A stretch of DNA of 59,587 nucleotides, counting the filler, from Stramenopiles sp. TOSAG23-6 (Eukaryota): NCBI GenBank assembly GCA_900128565.1. It is 2 parts of 2 records of this genome, joined end to end, with 100 filler letters (N's around TTAATTAATTAA, not from the genome) between each part and the next. Parts side by side here need not be neighbours in the genome. Positions count along the whole stretch, not along the records: positions 29,868 to 59,587 come from LT635969.1; 1 more part is not named here. One strand, 5' to 3'. A model generated the notes under the pieces. The model saw only the letters and a list, made by a program, of their open reading frames with translations. It searched no databases and had not been told where the DNA came from. Positions within the stretch are counted from its first letter, which is position 1; every line of letters begins with the position of its first letter. Shown in pieces: positions 50,201-59,587 of the stretch. Position numbers and translations under genes: made by a program.

Positions 50201-53200
50201 CAAGACATTGCAAACACTTTTGTGAGTCGATATCTGCAACAGTATTCACCGGACATGATCTACAACCGTCTTTTCCAAAACTACCAGGGTCTGATACCTT
50301 ACCAATGTCGCATTTCACACAAGCGCGTTCAGAAGATAAAGCAACATTATTATCATAATAGCCTTTCAAACACTTATCACACTGTGTAGATGCAGCTTGT
50401 GTACTAACTTCCCCAGGCGGACACCTTTTACATTCATTACTTTCCTCGTAAGTTCCTGCTTCACATGGATGACACATTACGGCACTTTCTTGAGATATAT
50501 ATCCAGGAGGACACTGTTGACAAGTACTAGCAGATGATGCATCTGTATCAGCTGAGCCAGCGGGGCACGTTTTTTTTACAGTCCCTCCACCAGGGCAAAA
50601 TGTACCACCTTCGCATGCCTCGCATGTCCATACACCATTATCAACAACCCACGTACCACCCGCGTCACATACTACAGGTGTACCAAATGCTCCACCACAT
50701 ACCCATCCTTTTTGGCATTCCTGGCACATTGTAGCAGGATTAAAGTCGTGATCGTATGTACCAGGAAGACAATACTCAACTTGATTGTCTCCTCCTGAAC
50801 AATAAGAACCAATAGGACAGTTTTGACATTCAGTCTTTGGATCCAAGTCATGATCACTTGTACCTTTTGGGCAGTTAGATGGGCCAGGAACTAATGATTT
50901 TTTAATTTTACATATTGTATGTGATTGTTGAGCGCCAGAATTTCCAGAAGTAAGACATCCATTGAAGCACTTGTTAAATTCCTTCATGAGATCAACACAA
51001 GTATCCAAATGTTCACAAGGAAGGTGAGGAATTTCGCCATTTTCTGCTTTATCGAATTCTAGTAACTGTGCTTCACAATCGTTATCGTTGTTACAATTAA
51101 CTCGTTGATCATAACATGTATCAGTTTGCGTCTTACCAAGACACTTATTATTTGAGCTTGGTGGTGTTTTACAATCTGATAAACCAGATTTATCACCACA
51201 AAAATCTGCTTTCAAAGGATGACCCAAAGTAATACTATCATTTTTACTCAATATTTGACAATAATATACGTTGCTACTGTCTTCAAAACCAGTGTAGCCT
51301 ACACAATCCTCTAAAGTTTCACAAAAACATTCACACATAGTACTGTCAAAATTTTGCCATGTTTGTGTTTCTACACAACTTTTGTACACCTGGCCAAATG
51401 AATCGCCATATGAATCGCCATATGAATCGCCATTATCTGTATTTTTGTTACCTTCTGTTCCATTAATTTCAAGTGTAAATTCTCCCCGGATTACACACGA
51501 CAATGTTGGAGCATCCTCGAATGTACTTGCTGGTAAAGAAGAATCATAACTTGGATTTGGATTACAATACGTACCAGAGGTACATTTCACACATGCTGTC
51601 GTCGTACTCGGAGAAAAACCTGTTATAGTATTTGTTTTCCAATCATGATCCCATGATCCATTTTCTCCACAATCTACTTTGGGATTATTCTCACCAGGAC
51701 AATATTCACCAACGATACAACTAATACAATGATCATTAGAAAAATATTTACCTAAAGGACATTCATAACATGGCGTGTCACTTTCACTATCGTGGTCTAC
51801 TGTACCTTGTTGACATTTGCATGTTTCAAGTGTATCTCCAGAACACTTACTTCCACCGGGGCAGAAATAGCCGCTCGGACAAGGTTTACACACTGTGATG
51901 GGTGAAGCATCATCGTCATATTCACCAGCATTACATGGATTCATTTCAGTATTACAGTTATCAATATTTTTCCAATCCGGATTATTTACAAGACATTTAT
52001 GATTTTCTGGTCCTTGACAAAATGAACCGGCAGGACAGACTAAACAAGCTGTTTCAGTATTTGAATCATGGTCATATGTCCCGACTGGGCATACTATAGG
52101 CTCCATTGACTGGGATGGGCAATGAGTTCCTGTTGGACATGTAATGCAAGGTTCGGATGGATCGACAGAAAATTCATTTGTTCCACATTTATGAGGTTCG
52201 TTATCACCACCAGAACAATATTCACCTTTATCACATGCAATACATTCAGTCGTACTGTCTTTGTCATCGTCCCACGTACCAGGAAGACATGTTGATAATG
52301 GGGAGTCGCCACCAGGGCAAAATTCTCCTGTTGTGCATGGTATACACGGAGTATTTGTACCATATCCTAATGCTTTGCCTTCATTTGATTCAGGCGTAGT
52401 GCATCCAGGGAATGAATGTGTATTGATCCATTCTAAGGCATCAGAATTGCAACTATCCGATCCAATCATTGATCGTAATTTTTTAACGCAGTCACAAGAT
52501 AAGTACGTAAATAATTCATCTCTAGCTTCTGGGCATATTTTAGATTCTTGTAGAGAATAATATGTATTCCAAATACATTGTGGTGGTCCCATGCCACATG
52601 TGGGAAACTCGCAATTTTCCCATATTGGAATTCCGTTCGAATTATGACCCACAACACACCCAGGAATGTCGGACTCAGGACGACTGGAAGTACATCGTTC
52701 ATATGTATTCCCAGCAAACTTGAATGGAAAAGTGCACTGATGTCCATTTCGTGCACCAAATGTATCAATTGTGTGACATGTAGTATCAATATCAACAATT
52801 GATTCTTCAGAACGAGAATAAATATTAAAACCCGTATTATACTCGACTTTGAAACAACCCGTTGTCGGGTCAGGAGATTGGGGAATCCCAATCATTGGAC
52901 TTGGATCCGTACAATCTGATGTCTGGTACAATTGAAGTTGATTTGAAAGAATTTTAACGAAATATGGTACTGATTCTCCAGTAGAGAGCGTAATCTGTGT
53001 ACAATTTGGTTCAACATTAGAACCAAAGACATAAAAATAGGGTGTGACATTATCCTGACACTCTTTTTCAGTATTCCAAGACCTAGAACGAATAAGCTTT
53101 TCCTGTTCTTCTTCAAAACTGACAATTTGATTACAATTTCCGCTGCCACAACATTCCAATTTTATACCCTCATTTGCCTCACAATTATGACCCGATTGAA

Positions 53201-56200
53201 AATTGCGGAACGTTAAATTTTCGCCACTAAGTTGAATATCATCAACAACATAACTAATGCCATTATTTGATTCTTCAGAGTTCCACGACTTGGCCTTACC
53301 TTGATTCATTTTTGTACAAATATAATCTGCTATTTCCAGGTTAAAACCATCATCGCATACAGGACCCCAGATACTACTTCCACTCAATTTGGCTTCTAGT
53401 AAATTATTTGAATTATGATTTATTTGAAATTGAATGCCGGCATCACTAGACCTAGAAGACCATTGTGAATGATGATCATCATCATAATATCCAGCGGCGC
53501 AGCTTTCTGGCATCTTATCAGAACCAGCACAATATAATCCATTACCAGTACATGCTTTACAAGGTGTCATTGGTGATAAATCATGGTCATATGTTCCTTC
53601 TCGACATATCAATTTGTCTTCGCACCCACCAGCACAATAATACCCTGAAGGACAAGGAATACATTGATCGTCTTGATAGTAAGTACCTATACCACAATAT
53701 TCAGGAACTGCATCACCACCTTTACATACGACTCCACAGTGATTGCAAATGTCGCTTTCACAGGAAGTTTTTGATGATCGGTCGTGGTCCCATGTATTTG
53801 CTTCGCATGGTGTTGCTTGATTGCTTCCTGCAAGACACTCTGTCCCTATAGGACATTCTAATGGTTTAGATGTACCACCGTTACAGAAAAATCCTTCGCT
53901 ACATGTTTCACATTCTGTAAGAGTACTTTCGACTATAGATGTACTACCATACTTGTTACCTTTACAAGTAAGCAACAGACCCTGGGAACTTGTGCATTTT
54001 GTCTCATAATCGAACGAGCAATCTTGAGGCCAAACACCCCCCTCATTGCACTCTACACTACCAAATGTTTCAATCGTACACCTGTTGTAACAGTGTTCTC
54101 TTCTCCCTGGATTATTCTCGACGTCTTGTTCTCCATCATCGCCAAAACAAGAATCTTCTCCCCATTTCTTACCCCTACAAGTTTCATCTGCAACATCAAA
54201 AAAGCATTTATTATCGCCACCACATCCATGTCTTATTCCCTGACCACACCATATACAATCAGCATCATTATCACAGTCAGTTGGAGTATCGTCACAAAAG
54301 TTATTTTTACCAATAGAGAAATTTTCTACCCCTTCGCTAAAACCCAGTGCATGACACAAAACATCTGCCGTTGAATTTGTAATCCCACCACCACATACAA
54401 TTGATTTTGTTACAGGAGAATAACTTGGATATGTTACATGTAGCGTTCCACATCGTCCATTATTTTGATCATCATCCGAGCAGTAACATCGCCCATTTGC
54501 TCTATCATCATCTGAACACAAAATGCCACCCAAATCAAATTTGAAATTACATGGTTCTCCATCATCACAACCCTTTTTTGCTGCATTCATCCTTTCTATT
54601 GAATTTGGCCATTGGGAATATAAATGTCCGCTCAACTTTGCATAATAGAGCGATCCATTGTAAACTAAAGGTTGACAAATGGAATTTTGATGATCTAATT
54701 GTAATGTAACATCAGGGTCTTTTCCCGTACAATCTGACTGATCACTAAAAGTGAAATCGATCGTACCAGTAACATTCGTTGAGTGAAGATTGATGGTCAA
54801 TCCATACCTACTTGTTTTTATTTTGCTCACGCTCTTTTCAAGCGGAAAGTCGTCAGTTACCTGAGAGCATGTGCCTACAAAATCAGTATGATAAAAAGTA
54901 AATTTCTCACACTTATTATCTGAAAATATTTCTAACTGATATGAGATTGGCATAGTAAAGTCGTCCCAGCTTACTATCTGATATGATGTTTCATAACACA
55001 CATCGCAGTTACCCCATCTAGGATTAGAGTTTGCATCTGTCGCTGTACAGTCTTTGTCTAGACAACACCTTTTAGTACCTTGTGGTGCCCCATCTGAAGT
55101 ACATGCATTGTAGGTTTTGTCGTTGTATGTAAAAGGAAAATTACACACTTCTTTATGTTCACCAACACCATCACCATCACCATCACCGCCACTCGTAATA
55201 CAAGTTGTAGTAAATATCTCTTTGATATTTGGAGTTATTGCGTCATGATCCCAAGTTCCAGGCGGACAAGATGTGACGTGAGATTTATCAACAACGCCAC
55301 CATCACAATAATTACCAGCCTCACACGCTATACAAGGAGTTAAACTTGATGAGTCGTGGTCATATGTCCCTTTTTTGCAACCTGATGAAAGCTTGGATTT
55401 CCCACCTAGACAAGTGATTCCCTTATTGTTATCATCATTGCACTGAACACATGGTGTTGTTGTACTTAGCGGTTCTATTTGGGCATTCGTATAACTAAAA
55501 GAACTATTTTTCTGTAAGAAAACGAGACTATTTGGAAATGGTTCGCAAGATTCTTCTGTTATCTCATTCAAATGTACACTGATCTTTTGACAATCAACTC
55601 CTTCTTGGAGATTTTCGTCTTTTTTAAGTCCTCTTTCCTTCAACCGAAAAGTTCTGAATGAAAGATCAATTTCATACATCTGTCCCGCGGCTACATCAGA
55701 GGGATTATTACTACTATCATTAACCGGGGATATGTCGGTTGCATTATACAAAACACAAGAAAAGCTCAATGTATTTTCCTCTTCCTCTATTATTGTTACC
55801 TCAAACCAGAAAGATAAACACTCTCTGTTCTCGATACAACTCTTACCACAGTCTGTAATTGCATCAGGTATTTTTGTACCATTTGTTATTGATATACTCT
55901 TGATTTTTATGGGTGAATCTTCTTCAGGCTTCGCCATTTCCGACAGATTATAGGGAGTCATATCATAGTGTATCCCTTCGTCTGCATCTGACGAATAATT
56001 TTCAGAACTAATAACATTTGAACTCTCTTTGAGCAAACAGCATGAACCATCATTATGAACAAACACACTTCTGCAATAATCCGTAGCAAGATCATTAATA
56101 TTGTTCCGCGCACATCGTGCAACACAAGACTCAGGGTCAATCTTATTATCGTCGTATGATTCTTTTTCATATAAACACGACTTTTGAAGTCTACAATTTT

Positions 56201-59200
56201 TGAGATTAATAGTAGCATCTGTACAGTTCTGAGATTTGTGACACTCCGGGTTTTGACTACAATCATTATCCTGAGTATTATTATTACACTCATTTAATTC
56301 AGCAATGCATGCACATGTACCTACTTTTGGAGGAGAGTTAGGCAAATAGCATGTATCTCCTATAAGAAAATTTTTAACATCTTGAGAAGAAATGTTTAAA
56401 GATGTTTTAACTTGTGGAACTCTCATCGAATAGAAATGTATTTTGGAAAAATATTTCAAAAAAAATTATAAAAAAATTGTTAGGTACAAAATTTCATACG
56501 AAAAAAAAATCGAAATTGAAAAAAAATAAAACATACATGAGTGGTACTTGTATCCGAATCTGTCTTGGCAGTCATACCTGGAATAGTTGATGAAAAGTAC
56601 AGATAACACTTGTGGTCATTTATGTCTATGAAAAATCCTCTGCAACCCGCTTCATCAAGACAGCGATTTCCACAACTCCATTCATCCGCACCGTCATGAA
56701 TATTTTGTGATGGATTCCAGTCGGTACTATTCTGAAAATAATCAAATGTAGTTGTAACCGGCATGACTAACTCATTGCGTTGTTCCCAGAGAGGTACTAT
56801 TGGTATTGGTAAAACATTGACACCGTTACAGTAAGTGCTTTTGCACTCTTCTACACATGTTTCTCGCGTATGCTGCTCTTTGACCATACATGTACGACTA
56901 TCAGATATAAATACTGCATTTATATTGTGTTCTATTCTACCATTATCCATGGTTGTATTGAGAGAAGTATCTTCCTGTAAAGATGGTTTTATATTTCCTG
57001 TTGTCCACTTCCAACCTTGTTCAATCAAATCTTGGTGATGTTTTGTAGTAATTAATCTACATGTATCATCGGGAGGTCTCCTTGGTGTTGGTGTCCATTT
57101 GTTGTCAATCTTTTCCCAGATGTTTGAACATCCAATATTGCTAATTCCCAAATATTCCTTTGCTGTATTACAACTTGAGTAATTGATTTTTTGATACCCA
57201 AGTCCAGTCATTAGAGCGTAACATGATGATAACATACAACCAGGACATGATGATGATGTACAATGTTCATAGAGTCTCCGAAGATCCTTTGCAGTACACG
57301 GATCATTCCATGTATCTATCCAAGTTACAGGGCGATTCCAAAACCTTACATTTGTAATAGTACCCCGAAAATTATTAGTCTTTTCGCCATCACTTCCAAT
57401 CCTCACAATGTTTCTCATTTTTTTTATCGGGATCTCATAATTATCTTTCACTTGAGAGTACAGTTGCCCATCACGCCACAATTCAAATATATTGCAACTA
57501 CTTGGGATTGTGTCTTTACAGTTTTCCGCGAATTTATCCGCGGAACATCCACTGCATAGACAATTGTCGCACATCAGAGTTCTAACATGACCTTGCCCCC
57601 CTAGACAATCTTGAGGACATTCATTATTATCTTTTTTCTCTGGATAAACTCTAAGTAAATAATTGTGTGATTGTTTTTCTGGAAATGCTGGTGTTGATTG
57701 TGCACCACCACTACCTAAATCGCTTTTCGAAAAAATAATACCTCCTCTAAAATAGCGACAACTCGTAGTAGCTTCACAAGCATCTTTTTTTGTTACACTT
57801 GCATCATCATCATCAGACCAAACTGTGTCACAACCAGTAGATGTATCATCTATAGGAAGACACTGCTCATCCGCAAAATTTGATGGAGGTATGTAACATT
57901 GACACTCTTTTTGAGTACCCTGAGGGCTACCTTGAAAGTTTTCTTGTTTGCACGAAACTTCTCCTTGAGGAGGACTTAACCATTCGGTCCATCCTTCATT
58001 GGAACCAAATCGAATATATCCTCCAGAACATTTACACATCGCAGATTCAGATTCGTCAGATTCAGATTCGTCGGCACATTTAGTAGTAAATTGACTCGTT
58101 GCAGATTCACCATTTGAGATAAAAAGTGCAGCTTCAGTAGATAACTCTGTTCGTACTTGTAGTCGTATCTGATCAAGTTTTGAATTAGATAATTCAAAAA
58201 TGACACCCACATTAGAAGTATCATCATGAACTACGTTGGCTGCAAAGGCAAAGCCATCTGTACTTCCACTTTCAAAGGCTGATGTATCTGACAATGATTC
58301 CTGTATATCACTACTCACAAAACCTACACTACTCGTTATACCAAAATAATCCGAGCTAGCATCAAGTGGTTCACTCGTTTCATTAAAAGTACCACCAAAA
58401 CTTGCAAGAAAAGCTCGATTTCGACAACTTGTTTGTGCACCTTTAGTAAAAGTATACGCTTGACAATATGCATCATTTTCACAAAGACTTTTGCAGTTAT
58501 CCTCACTTTCAGTTCCTTCTAATCCTCGAGGCAAGCGCATCGAATCTCCATCTCCATCTCCATATTCTATTGCACATGCTCCATCATAACAACTATCTCC
58601 TATGCACTTCCGTTTTCTAACGAAATGTGTTGACGCAACAGGATCAGTAGATGTACACTTATAACCAGACGTTTCAAATTCAAGACGATACGACGCATCA
58701 TGATCCCATTGTCCAAGTGGACAAATTTCGGGACTTGTACGATTCGCCGGACAGTGGGTACCTGGTTCAGTGCATGGTTCACATTTAGTCGAAGGGTCCG
58801 AGTCATGATCTATATAACCGACTTGACAAGAGACGATGTTATTTGTGCCTCCTTCACAGTACCTTCCAGCAGAACATGTATAGCATCTATTATAATATCG
58901 GTACGTCCCGGCTTCACAGTATAAAGCTGGTTTATTTTGTCCTTGACAGGCTAGTTCTGTCGGACATTGTACACACACAGTCGCTGGATCCGAGTCATCA
59001 TCGTAAAAACCAGATGGACACCACTGCAACGTTTCACCATTACAATATGATCCAATCGGGCATCGACCAAAGAGATTCGCACCCCCAGCGCACCACCAGC
59101 CAAGCCTTTTTTCACACGTGACGCATTCAGTCGCCGGATTCAAATCTTTATCTTCTGTTCCTTGAGGACAATAACTCGTCATTGTACTCTTGGGCCCACA

Positions 59201-59587
59201 GTAGTAGCCTCTCTGACAGTTTAAACATGATCCATATGTTCCTTCAAATGGTTGATATTTGCCAGCTTCACAATCCTCACAAGATGTTTTTGGATCTTCA
59301 TCTTTATCATAAGTTCCTGCCGGGCATTTATGATCAGGCCCCGTGCCCTCGGGACAGTATTCTCCATGCTCACAAGGGTAACAAACTGTTGAGTTTTCAA
59401 CAGGGGAATATGTCCCCTCTGGGCAAATCAAACATTCCACGTCTGAAGAAATGGTACCATGTTGATTGAGTTTGTATCCTTGCTTGCATACTTGATGATT
59501 TGTACAGTTGTCTTGATTGTTTTCAGAAGTAAATTTACCTGATTCACATTGACTACACTGATGATTTGCCGTAGTTGTACCATGTTC
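35208..59587 (-). CDS. Giant (>8090 aa, 5'-truncated) cysteine-rich multi-pass surface protein; exons 59587-56537 and 56435-35208
   Basis: Frame open to window end; CxxCxxGxY (GCC2/GCC3/TNFR-like) repeats, PAN-like, FN2 (CNFPFTY, CTFPFKF), SRCR (WGPVCDDGF), FxxQP Ig-like repeats, FN3, multi-TM region, C2 domain. Confidence 0.88.
56436..56536 (-). other. Non-canonical intron GT-AT (101 nt)
   Basis: CAT|GTATGT...AAAATACAT|TTC fuses the 986-aa and 7083-aa ORFs in frame. Confidence 0.9.

Noticed and set aside
35208-56435. Alternative genetic code, because no gene here ends in TGA
   Set aside because: Very long ORFs contain no in-frame stops under the standard code; the small sample and AT bias explain the TAA/TAG preference

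Overview
AT-rich, gene-dense nuclear DNA of a unicellular eukaryote (gene content suggests a flagellated protist, possibly a stramenopile; this is inference only). It consists of two pieces joined by an artificial N-TTAATTAATTAA-N spacer (29768-29867). Recognisable genes: Pirh2/RCHY1-like RING ligase, GT32 glycosyltransferase-methyltransferase, a ~4200-aa EF-hand/EML-type WD40 protein, a CphA/GshF-type ATP-grasp protein, sulfite oxidase, RibB, PAN2 (internal part), ILVBL (C-terminal half), sphingosine kinase and USP fragments, an MSS51-like protein, an MFSD5 transporter and a >8000-aa surface protein. The main finding concerns the introns. All 33 interruptions I can find belong to one sequence family (mostly ~90-130 nt, always co-oriented with the host gene): GTAYGTTTT...GTACGAAATTT(C/T)GTACCTAAC...GAAATATTTTT(T/C)CA(C/A)AATACAT. 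None ends in AG: 31 end in AT and 2 in GT, and the donors include GT, GC, GG, GA and AT. Removing them restores conserved protein motifs, which points to a non-canonical GT-AT intron system with introner/transposon-like hallmarks. Two junctions join unrelated genes inside such introns (mis-assembly or intron-mediated recombination). No RNA evidence is available, so splice junctions are inferred from reading frame and protein motifs.
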